NCBI GenBank assembly: GCA_041645145.1
Contig: JBAZQO010000002.1
Coordinates: forward strand, 1-57,171
DNA length: 57,171 nt
Direction of reading: 5' to 3'
Origin: Candidatus Omnitrophota bacterium
GTDB taxonomy: Bacteria; Omnitrophota; Gorgyraeia; Gygaellales; Profunditerraquicolaceae
The position numbers and the translations under genes were made by a program. The notes beneath the pieces are model-generated. The model was given only the letters and a program-made list of their open reading frames with translations. It did not search any database and had not been told where the DNA came from. Below are positions 1-7,387 of the stretch, in pieces; position 1 is the stretch's first letter; each line of letters begins with the position of its first letter.

Positions 1-453
1 ATCAGTAAATCGCGCACTACGGTAATTTTCATCAATCAGTTGCGGGAAAAAATTGGCGTGATGTTCGGCTCCCCTGAGACCACTCCGGGTGGACGGGCGT
101 TAAAATTTTATTCATCGGTAAGATTGGATGTGCGTAGAATTGCTTACTTAAAAGAAGGGGATAAAGTTATTGGTAATCATGTTAGAGTAAGGGTAGTTAA
201 AAACAAAATTGCCCCGCCTTTTCGTGAGGCGGAATTTGATATCCTGCATAATGAAGGGATCTCCAAGACAGGCGCAGTGATTGACGCGGCAGTTAACCTT
301 GAGGTAATCGCTAAGTCAGGGACATGGCTTTCATTTGAGGACAAGAAGCTGGGCCAGGGCAGAGACGCGGCGATAAAATTTTTAAAAGAGAATCCAAAGT
401 TACAGGAAGATATTGAAAAAGAAGCGCGTAAGAAGTTTAATCTCGCCGAATAG
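1..453 (+). CDS. recA: Recombinase RecA, C-terminal part (5' end outside window)
   Basis: The frame-1 ORF is open to the window edge. [46 protein letters not shown] and the following C-terminal domain are typical RecA sequence. Confidence 0.95.
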   Translation: MSKSRTTVIFINQLREKIGVMFGSPETTPGGRALKFYSSVRLDVRRIAYLKEGDKVIGNHVRVRVVKNKIAPPFREAEFDILHNEGISKTGAVIDAAVNLEVIAKSGTWLSFEDKKLGQGRDAAIKFLKENPKLQEDIEKEARKKFNLAE

Positions 454-898
454 GCTGGAAAAAGCTAAAGAGTATGCTTTTCTGCTGCTTAAGTTTCGCC
501 TGCGTAGTGAGAAGGAGTTGGCGCAAAGATTAAAGCAGAAAGGTTTTTCCGAAGAGTTATGCCAGGATACGGTAAATTTCTTAAAAGATAAACAGTTCAT
601 TAATGACTGCGTTTTTGCCAAAGGCTGGGTGGCCAGCCGGCTTAAACGGCCATTTGGTTTAAAAAGGATAAGGCAGGAATTAGTTCAAAAGGGTTTAGGT
701 AAAGAGATCATCGAGGAAACATTTGCCCAGGCAAAAGAGGATTATGACGAAGATAGTATAGTCAGGCAGTTGGCTGAACAAAGATTTTCCAGGCTAAAAG
801 GCGTAGAGTCGCTTAAGGCAAAGGCGCGGGTATACGCGTATTTGATGCGCCGGGGGTTTGCTTCGGACATTGTAGGCGACATTATTAAGAAATTATGA
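413..898 (+). CDS. recX: Regulatory protein RecX
   Basis: A 161-aa ORF directly after recA, which is the conserved recA-recX synteny. It has a helical-repeat sequence ([21 protein letters not shown]..., ...[11 protein letters not shown]). The only in-frame start is TTG at 413, overlapping recA by 41 nt, so the start is uncertain. Confidence 0.8.
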   Translation: MKKKRVRSLISPNRLEKAKEYAFLLLKFRLRSEKELAQRLKQKGFSEELCQDTVNFLKDKQFINDCVFAKGWVASRLKRPFGLKRIRQELVQKGLGKEIIEETFAQAKEDYDEDSIVRQLAEQRFSRLKGVESLKAKARVYAYLMRRGFASDIVGDIIKKL

Positions 899-915
899 CC
901 GCTGATATTTTATAA

Positions 916-980
916 ATAAAGGGGACGGTTCTATTTTTCCGTCTTTTTATAAGGTTGAAAAATAGAACCGTCCCCTTTAT
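916..980. repeat. Palindromic repeat family A, copy 1; probable intrinsic terminator after recX
   Basis: A perfect 23-bp inverted repeat: ATAAAGGGGACGGTTCTATTTTT (916-938) and AAAAATAGAACCGTCCCCTTTAT (958-980), with a 19-nt loop, followed by a T-rich tract. The 16-bp core GGGGACGGTTCTATTT recurs at 35564 and 44008. Confidence 0.9.
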
Positions 981-990
981 TTTCATCATT

Positions 991-3558
991 ATGAAAGCAG
1001 ATATTATAAGAGAAAATTTTTTGGCTTTTTTTAAGGCCAGGAAACACAAGATTGTTGAAAGCGATTCTTTAGTTCCCAAGGATGACCCTACTGTATTATT
1101 CACTCCTGCCGGGATGAACCAGTTTAAGAAAGAGTTTATGGGGTTTGATTGCGGATTCAAGCGCGCAGCTACCTGCCAGCGCTGCCTGCGCACGGATGAC
1201 TTGGATAAAGTCGGCAAAACAAGTGCCCATCACACTTTTTTTGAAATGCTGGGGAACTTTTCTTTTGGTGACTATTTTAAGCAGGAGGCGATTACCTGGG
1301 CCTGGGAGTTTCTGACTAAAGAATTATGTATAGATCAGGATAAGCTTTGGGTTTCGGTTTATCAGGAAGATGATGAAGCGTATAAGATCTGGAAAGATAA
1401 AATAGGCATACCTGAAAAAAAGATCGTAAAGCTCGGGGATAAAGGTAATTTCTGGCCCGCGGAGGCTAAAACAAAAGGTCCGAACGGGCCATGCGGCCCC
1501 TGCTCAGAGATATTTTATGATTTTGGGCCTGGCGTAGGCTGCGGTGAAAAGATTTGCGATCCATCCTGCAGTTGCGGAAGGTTTGTTGAAATATGGAATT
1601 TGGTCTTTACGCAGTTTAACCGTAAAGACGATGCAAGCTTAGAACCCCTACCGAATAAGAATATTGATACGGGTATGGGCTTAGAGAGGCTGGCTGCTGT
1701 TATGCAGGGCAAGCAGAATAATTTTGAGACAGAATTATTCCAGCCGATAATAAAAGAGATAATTCGGGGACTGTCCCCGAAGGGGACTGTCCCCGAAAAG
1801 AATCTTCTTTATGCTGTTGCCGACCATCTAAGGGCAGTGGTTTTTTCCATCTATGACGGGATTTCTCCGTCTAATGAAGGCCGCGGATATATAGTCAGGA
1901 AGATTATTCGCAAGAGCGTCTTGCATTTAAGAAGTTTAGGCATAAATAAGCCGTTCTTAAATAAGTTAGTCGGCCAGCTTGCCCAGATTATGCATACGCC
2001 TTATCCGGATTTAAAAGACAGGCAGGAGGATATTGCCCAGGTTATTTTGAATGAAGAGAAGAACTTTATTAATATCTTAAATTCAAGCGAAGTACTATTT
2101 GCTAAAATTCCTTTAAATGCCGATGCTGAAGAAATAGGTGCAGCCGTTTTTAAATTGCACGATACTTACGGGTTTCCTTCAGAGGAGATAGAAAAATGGC
2201 TAAAAAAACAGAAGGTTGAGAGTTTGGCAGCGATAGCTAGCGTTGTCAGTAGAAAATTTGAAGAGCAGCGGCAACGTTCTAAATCTCAGAGTAATATGAA
2301 GGGTGACGTTTTTGATACCAAAGGATTAGGTTTAAAACTAAATGAGACAAATTTTGTCGGGTATAAAGATGATTCCACAGAAGCAAAAATCCTGGCTATT
2401 TTGAAAGATGGCAAAGAAGTTATTTTAGATCAGACTCCATTTTACGCGGAATCCGGAGGGCAGGTTGGGGACACCGGTAAATTGATAAACGGGAAAAATG
2501 TTTTTGAGGTTTTAAACACGCAGAAGATTGATAATGTTATTTTACATATCGGCAAGATCAACTCCGGCGCCTTTAAAAAGGGCGACAAGGTAGTTGCCCA
2601 GATAAATATTGAGCGCAGACTGAATATTGCCAGGAACCATACAGCTACGCACATATTGCAGGCAGCTTTACGGGAAGTCTTGGGAAGCCATGTCCAGCAG
2701 CAGGGGTCTTTGGTCGCGGAAGGAAAATTCCGTTTTGATTTTACGCATTTTAAAGGGTTGTCTAAAGAGGAGATTTCCAGAGTTGAGGAGGTAGCCAATA
2801 GCTTTGTTTCCAAAAATCAGGCGGTGAGCTGCAAAGAGATGGCTTTTAAAGAGGCGAAGAAGGCAGGGGCATTGGCATTTTTTGAAGAAAAATACGGTGA
2901 AAATGTGCGCGTGGTTAGTATAGGGGATATTTCAAAAGAGTTATGTGGAGGTACACATCTTGCTAATATCGGTGAAATCGGCATTATAAAGATAATCAGC
3001 GAGGGTTCAGTAGCCAGTGGTATAAGAAGGATTGAAGGTGCCACTGCCAGTTTTGCAGAGCAGTTTATCAAGGATGAACAGGAGAAAGCTGTTGAAGAAT
3101 CTAAGAAGAGGAGTAAGTTAAAGGAGTTAAAGGAGCAAGAGAAGAAGCGCAACTTAGAGGTGACTAACAGCCTGCGTGATGCACTACCGAGGCTTACAGA
3201 GAAGGGGATAAAGATAAACGGTATAAATGTAGTTTCTTCGCTTGAGGTTGATTTAGATATGAATGCCTTGCGGTTTCTGGCGGATAAGCTAAAAGAGGAG
3301 TTAAAGCAAGGGGTGATTGTTTTAGGTTCGCAGGATAATGAGCAAAAGAGGGCATACTTGGTTATTGCAGTTACGCAGGATTTATTATCCAGGGGGCTGG
3401 ATGCGGGGGCATTGATCCGTCAGGTTGCTCCGGTTATCGGAGGCTCAGGCGGAGGCAGGCAGGATTTTGCCCAGGCAGGCGGGACTGCTCCGGAAAACTT
3501 TACATTGGCATTTGAGAAATTAAAGGATATAATTAATAAATTAAATATGGGCAGGTAA
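991..3558 (+). CDS. alaS: Alanine--tRNA ligase
   Basis: Contains HHTFFEMLGNFSFGDYFK, the editing-domain motifs HTATHIL and CGGTH, and a C-terminal GGSGGGRQDFAQAGG. The start is placed at ATG 991 (MKADIIRENF) rather than TTG 955, which lies inside the upstream hairpin. Confidence 0.97.
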   Translation: MKADIIRENFLAFFKARKHKIVESDSLVPKDDPTVLFTPAGMNQFKKEFMGFDCGFKRAATCQRCLRTDDLDKVGKTSAHHTFFEMLGNFSFGDYFKQEAITWAWEFLTKELCIDQDKLWVSVYQEDDEAYKIWKDKIGIPEKKIVKLGDKGNFWPAEAKTKGPNGPCGPCSEIFYDFGPGVGCGEKICDPSCSCGRFVEIWNLVFTQFNRKDDASLEPLPNKNIDTGMGLERLAAVMQGKQNNFETELFQPIIKEIIRGLSPKGTVPEKNLLYAVADHLRAVVFSIYDGISPSNEGRGYIVRKIIRKSVLHLRSLGINKPFLNKLVGQLAQIMHTPYPDLKDRQEDIAQVILNEEKNFINILNSSEVLFAKIPLNADAEEIGAAVFKLHDTYGFPSEEIEKWLKKQKVESLAAIASVVSRKFEEQRQRSKSQSNMKGDVFDTKGLGLKLNETNFVGYKDDSTEAKILAILKDGKEVILDQTPFYAESGGQVGDTGKLINGKNVFEVLNTQKIDNVILHIGKINSGAFKKGDKVVAQINIERRLNIARNHTATHILQAALREVLGSHVQQQGSLVAEGKFRFDFTHFKGLSKEEISRVEEVANSFVSKNQAVSCKEMAFKEAKKAGALAFFEEKYGENVRVVSIGDISKELCGGTHLANIGEIGIIKIISEGSVASGIRRIEGATASFAEQFIKDEQEKAVEESKKRSKLKELKEQEKKRNLEVTNSLRDALPRLTEKGIKINGINVVSSLEVDLDMNALRFLADKLKEELKQGVIVLGSQDNEQKRAYLVIAVTQDLLSRGLDAGALIRQVAPVIGGSGGGRQDFAQAGGTAPENFTLAFEKLKDIINKLNMGR
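1766..1797. repeat. Palindromic repeat family B core, in frame inside alaS
   Basis: A perfect tandem duplication of the 16-mer GGGGACTGTCCCCGAA (1766-1781 and 1782-1797). The same core occurs in the intergenic copies at 4804 and 18578. Here it is translated as GLSPKGTVPEK. Confidence 0.9.
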
Positions 3559-3559
3559 A

Positions 3560-4786
3560 ATGAAGATAATCAAAGCAACCAGCAAACAATTAGAGAAGGT
3601 TTATAACCGTAGCTGCGGCCGAAATAACCGCGTTGAGGAGAAGGTCAGAAGGATCATGGATGATGTGCGCCTTTTTGGGGATGAGGCGTTGATCAAATAT
3701 ACGCGCAAGTTTGACCGGGTTAAGCTTAGCCTGCGCCAGCTCAAGGTTTCAGAGAATGAGATAAGCGGAGCCTACCAGAACATCAGCCCGAATTTTATCG
3801 CTTCCCTGAAAGTGGTCATTGAGAATGTAAATCGTTTTTACCGCAAGCAGCTGCGCAAATCCTGGAGGATAAAAGGGCCTGAAGGGATAGTGCTGGGTGA
3901 GAATTATACGCCCTTAGAAAAGGTGGGGATCTATATCCCCGCCGGAACAGCGCCTCTGGTTTCCACTGTTTATATGACCGTATTGCCGGCAAAGCTGGCA
4001 GGCGTTAAAAAAATTATTTTGATCAGTCCGCCGGATAAAAACGGGAATATTAACCCGCACATCCTGGTCATGGCGGATCTTCTAAAGGTAGATGAGTTTT
4101 ACCGTGTAGGAGGAGCGCAAGGGGTTGCCGCCCTGGCTTACGGAACTAAGACCATCCCCCGCGTAGATAAGATCGTCGGCCCGGGAAATATTTATGTCAG
4201 CGAGGCCAAGCGCCAGGCATTTGGTATGGTAGATATCGATATGATCGCCGGGCCAACGGAGCTGGTGATCATTGCCAACCGTTTCAGCGACCCGAAGTTT
4301 GTCATCGCGGACCTGCGCGCGCAGGCCGAGCATGTCAAAGGTTTGGCTATATTGATCACAAATTCCAAGAGCCTGGCTAAAGAGGTTAAATCCCAGATGG
4401 ACGGCAATAACGGTTATATTGTCCTGGCCAAGAATTTAAAGCAGGCCTGCGAGATAGCCAACAGGATAGCCCCTGAACACCTTGAGATCCTATTGCAGAA
4501 CCCCGGCAGGCTGGTTAAATCCGTAAAAAATGCCGGTGCAGTATTCCTGGGTCCGTATAGTCCGGCGGCAGTCGGAGATTATGTAGCCGGGCCAAGCCAT
4601 GTTTTGCCAACGGCAGGCACAGCCAGGTTCTTCTCCGGATTATCTGTATTCGATTTTGTCAAAAGCACCCACATTATCAGCTATTCAAAAAAAGCGCTGG
4701 AGAAGATGCGCGAGCCGCTGGAGAAGATCGCCGGCATCGAAGGCCTGCAAAAACATGTGGATTCGGTGAAGGCGAGATTTGAATAG
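3560..4786 (+). CDS. hisD: Histidinol dehydrogenase
   Basis: A 408-aa HisD-like sequence (VGIYIPAGTAPLVSTVYM, IVGPGNIYV, AGPTELVIIA, EHLEI, AGAVFLGPYSPAAVGDY). It starts 1 nt after the alaS stop. Confidence 0.95.
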   Translation: MKIIKATSKQLEKVYNRSCGRNNRVEEKVRRIMDDVRLFGDEALIKYTRKFDRVKLSLRQLKVSENEISGAYQNISPNFIASLKVVIENVNRFYRKQLRKSWRIKGPEGIVLGENYTPLEKVGIYIPAGTAPLVSTVYMTVLPAKLAGVKKIILISPPDKNGNINPHILVMADLLKVDEFYRVGGAQGVAALAYGTKTIPRVDKIVGPGNIYVSEAKRQAFGMVDIDMIAGPTELVIIANRFSDPKFVIADLRAQAEHVKGLAILITNSKSLAKEVKSQMDGNNGYIVLAKNLKQACEIANRIAPEHLEILLQNPGRLVKSVKNAGAVFLGPYSPAAVGDYVAGPSHVLPTAGTARFFSGLSVFDFVKSTHIISYSKKALEKMREPLEKIAGIEGLQKHVDSVKARFE

Positions 4787-4803
4787 TCGCGCAAGCGTTG
4801 CCA

Positions 4804-4862
4804 GTAGGGACTGTCCCCGAAGGGGACTGTCCCACGACAAAATAAGTGTTGAATAGCTAGAT
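4804..4862 (+). repeat. Repeat family B, intergenic copy (hisD-hisB spacer), REP-like
   Basis: Sequence GTAGGGACTGTCCCCGAAGGGGACTGTCCCACGACAAAATAAGTGTTGAATAGCTAGAT. It is nearly identical over about 58 nt to 18578-18635. It has a GTAG head followed by two 11-13 bp palindromes. Confidence 0.9.
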
Positions 4863-4878
4863 GTTTTAAGGAGAAAGT

Positions 4879-5487
4879 ATGAGAAAAGCAGAAAAAGAAA
4901 GAAAAACGAACGAAACAGAAATTTCTATTAAATTAAATATCGATGGCACAGAAGAAAGAAAAATTAACACCGGTATCGGCCTTCTTGACCATATGCTGGA
5001 TTTATTTGCTTATTGGGGTCATTTTGATTTAGAGATAATTGTTAAGAGAGGCGATTTTAATATCGATATTCATCATACGAATGAAGATGTAGGTATAGTT
5101 TTAGGACAGGCTTTTAAAGATGCGTTGGGGGATAAAAAAGGGATTAATCGCATAGGTTCGGCATCAGTGCCAATGGAAGAAGTAACTGCTAGTGTTACAG
5201 TTGATATAAGCGGCAGGGGGTTTTTTAATGGGATAAAATCTGATGTTACAAAGGAGCTGTATTACCAAAAGGAAGAAGGGTATTCCTTTGAATACGCCAA
5301 TCATTTTTTTGAGGCATTTGCCAAGAGATTGGGGATGAACTTGGGTATCAAGATATCCGGAATTAATCCTGATATACATACAATGTTAGAGCCCGTTTTT
5401 AAAGGTCTGGGTATAGCTTTGGACCAGGCCACCCAGATTGACCCGCGCAGAAAAGGTATCCCTTCGACTAAAGGTGTGATTGATTAA
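4879..5487 (+). CDS. hisB: Imidazoleglycerol-phosphate dehydratase
   Basis: IGPD motifs GIGLLDHMLD and HHTNEDVGIVLGQA. AAGGAG RBS upstream. Noticeably AT-rich up to about 5400. Confidence 0.93.
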   Translation: MRKAEKERKTNETEISIKLNIDGTEERKINTGIGLLDHMLDLFAYWGHFDLEIIVKRGDFNIDIHHTNEDVGIVLGQAFKDALGDKKGINRIGSASVPMEEVTASVTVDISGRGFFNGIKSDVTKELYYQKEEGYSFEYANHFFEAFAKRLGMNLGIKISGINPDIHTMLEPVFKGLGIALDQATQIDPRRKGIPSTKGVID

Positions 5488-6101
5488 TGAAGATAGCGAT
5501 TATCGACTATGGCATGGGCAATATTCATAGCGTATCCAAGGCCCTGGAGCTCTTCGGAGCCGCGATAAGTGTCACCAATAAAAAAAGCGATATAGCCGCA
5601 TACGATAAGATCGTGCTGCCCGGGGTGGGGGCTTTTGATGACGCGATGGCAGAATTGGAAAAGCAGGGTTTGGATCTGTTGATCAAAGAGCAGATCAGGA
5701 ATAAGAAACCCTTTCTGGGGATATGCCTGGGCATGCAGTTATTGCTTGAAACCAGCCAGGAGGCTAAGGAGAAGAAGGGGCTGGGTATCCTGGAAGGTAA
5801 TGTAGTTAAATTCAAAGCCCAGGGCGGCCAAAAGATCCCGCACATGGGATGGAACAATCTTAAGGTTATTGCCGGGGATTGCCCTTTATTAAAAGGTGTA
5901 GCTATAGATTCCCAGGTTTATTTTTGTCACTCATACTATCCCGCACCGGATGATAAATCTGTCATCGCGGCAACCACTGATTACGGATTAGAGTTTCCCT
6001 GTGTCTTGTGGAAGGATAATGTTTACGGGGTGCAGTTCCATCCGGAGAAAAGCCAGGCCGTTGGCTTAAAAATGTTAGAGAACTTTATTAATTTATGCTG
6101 A
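5487..6101 (+). CDS. hisH: Imidazole glycerol phosphate synthase, glutamine amidotransferase subunit
   Basis: Class I GATase motifs: PGVGAF, GICLGMQLL (nucleophile Cys) and FHPEKS. TAATG overlap with hisB. Confidence 0.95.
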   Translation: MKIAIIDYGMGNIHSVSKALELFGAAISVTNKKSDIAAYDKIVLPGVGAFDDAMAELEKQGLDLLIKEQIRNKKPFLGICLGMQLLLETSQEAKEKKGLGILEGNVVKFKAQGGQKIPHMGWNNLKVIAGDCPLLKGVAIDSQVYFCHSYYPAPDDKSVIAATTDYGLEFPCVLWKDNVYGVQFHPEKSQAVGLKMLENFINLC

Positions 6102-6826
6102 TCATACCGGCGATAGATTTAAAGGGCGGCAAGGTAGTCAGGCTTTTTCAGGGAAAGTTCAACCGGGAGAAAGTTTATTCCAGCGATCCGGTGAAGGTGG
6201 CCAAACACTGGGCCAGGCAGGGGGCGCAATTTTTGCACATAGTTGACTTAGACGGCGCGTTGAAAGGCACTCCCAAAAATTTGAAGGTGGTAAAGGAGAT
6301 CGCCGTTAAGGTCGGTATACCGTTTGAATTCGGCGGCGGGGTAAGAAGCATTGAGATGATCTCGAAGCTTCTTGCCTTGGGAGCGCAAAGGGTTGTCCTG
6401 GGAACAAAAGCGGCAAATGACGCGTCTTTCCTGAAAAAGGCAAAGAAGAAGTTTGGAGAAAAGATCATTATCAGCATTGACGCCAAAGACGGAAAGGTTT
6501 TGACCCGGGGGTGGAACCTGGGATCCACTAAAACCACGCTGGATTTTGCCGCGGAGATAAAAAAAGCGGGTTTTAAACAGTTGATTTATACGGATATCTC
6601 CAGGGACGGCACTTTAAGCGGCCCGAATATAAAAGGGATCAAGGAGTTGCTTGAGGGAACAGGTCTGAATGTTATTGCCTCCGGCGGCGTATCTGGTTTA
6701 GAAGACCTGCTTAAATTGAAGAAGCTTGAAAAGAAGGGGATTATTGCGGTTATAGTGGGTAAGGCCTTGTATGAGGGAAAGTTTACCCTTACCGAGGCTA
6801 TGAAAATAAATTATCCCGCCTCATAA
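6095..6826 (+). CDS. hisA: ProFAR isomerase (HisA)
   Basis: MLIIPAIDLKGGKVVRL..., HIVDLDGA, ISRDGTLSGPN and ASGGVS are typical of HisA. The last 4-5 codons and the stop (YPAS*) lie inside repeat family D. Confidence 0.93.
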   Translation: MLIIPAIDLKGGKVVRLFQGKFNREKVYSSDPVKVAKHWARQGAQFLHIVDLDGALKGTPKNLKVVKEIAVKVGIPFEFGGGVRSIEMISKLLALGAQRVVLGTKAANDASFLKKAKKKFGEKIIISIDAKDGKVLTRGWNLGSTKTTLDFAAEIKKAGFKQLIYTDISRDGTLSGPNIKGIKELLEGTGLNVIASGGVSGLEDLLKLKKLEKKGIIAVIVGKALYEGKFTLTEAMKINYPAS

Positions 6827-6872
6827 CATATGCTAAAATTCTCTACGATAATTTTGGCATATTCGGCGGGAT
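6813..6872. repeat. Palindromic repeat family D, copy 1
   Basis: A two-tier hairpin. The outer 8-bp stem is ATCCCGCC/GGCGGGAT. The inner 12-bp stem is ATATGCTAAAAT/ATTTTGGCATAT, with one G-U pair. A second copy lies at 56768-56845. The element overlaps the hisA stop codon. Confidence 0.9.
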
Positions 6873-6878
6873 CAATTC

Positions 6879-6924
6879 GCACATTGACTTACTCTCCGCT
6901 TACGGCGGATCGTAAGTCAAGTGC
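6879..6924 (+). promoter_or_regulatory. Stable hairpin upstream of the lipoprotein gene (function unknown)
   Basis: A 9-bp perfect stem TTGACTTAC (6884-6892) / GTAAGTCAA (6912-6920), extended by a bulged GCAC/GTGC and an inner CCGC/GCGG stem. It ends 12 nt before the GGAGG RBS. Confidence 0.6.
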
Positions 6925-6945
6925 TCATTGAAAAAGGAGGAAGGC

Positions 6946-7380
6946 ATGGCAAGAAAAGTGTTATTGTTGGTTTTAGGGATGATTTTTGTTTCTTCTTTAA
7001 GCGGTTGCGCTACTACGCGCAAGAACAATAAATTGGAGATCCAGGGGCTGAGAAATCAGGTATCCGCTCTTGAGTCGCAGTTGTCTGCTAAAGACGAGGA
7101 GATAAATAGTTTGCGTGAATCCGCTCTTAAATCCAGCGAAATGCCTGCTAAGACCGAGCAGAGATCCGGTGAGGTTAAAGAGCATCCGAAAGCCAAGCAG
7201 ATCCAGACTGCTTTAAAGAACGCCGGCTATTATCAGGGTGCTGTTGACGGCAAGATCGGCAAGGGGACCCGGGAAGCAATAAAGGCTTTTCAAAAGGCGA
7301 ACAATCTTCCTGCTGATGGCAAAGTTGGAAAGAAGACCTGGGCGGTTTTAAAGAATTCTCTTGAGGAAAAGGTAAAGTAA
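6946..7380 (+). CDS. Lipoprotein with C-terminal peptidoglycan-binding (PG_binding_1-like) domain
   Basis: Signal peptide plus lipobox MARKVLLLVLGMIFVSSLSGC. A coiled-coil-like middle region. The C-terminal IQTALKNAGYYQGAVDGKIGKGTREAIKAFQKANNLPADGKVGKKTW matches the PG-binding repeat. ATG 6946 is preferred over TTG 6928 because of the GGAGG at 6936-6940. Confidence 0.75.
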   Translation: MARKVLLLVLGMIFVSSLSGCATTRKNNKLEIQGLRNQVSALESQLSAKDEEINSLRESALKSSEMPAKTEQRSGEVKEHPKAKQIQTALKNAGYYQGAVDGKIGKGTREAIKAFQKANNLPADGKVGKKTWAVLKNSLEEKVK

Positions 7381-7387
7381 CTATTGA

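Noticed and set aside
955-990. Longer N-terminal ORF extensions given by the track: alaS from 955, trpE from 8379, rpsP from 10004, coaD from 15410, acpP from 20319, argC from 29134, lysA from 37025, uvrA from 51407, and the lipoprotein from 6928.
   Set aside because: The extensions run through hairpins, leaders or upstream genes. They add residues not seen at the N-termini of these families. In most cases (alaS, rpsP, acpP, argC, uvrA and the lipoprotein) the downstream ATG or GTG has a proper RBS. For coaD, lysA and trpE the call rests on the family N-terminus match, with a stop-codon overlap as well for trpE.
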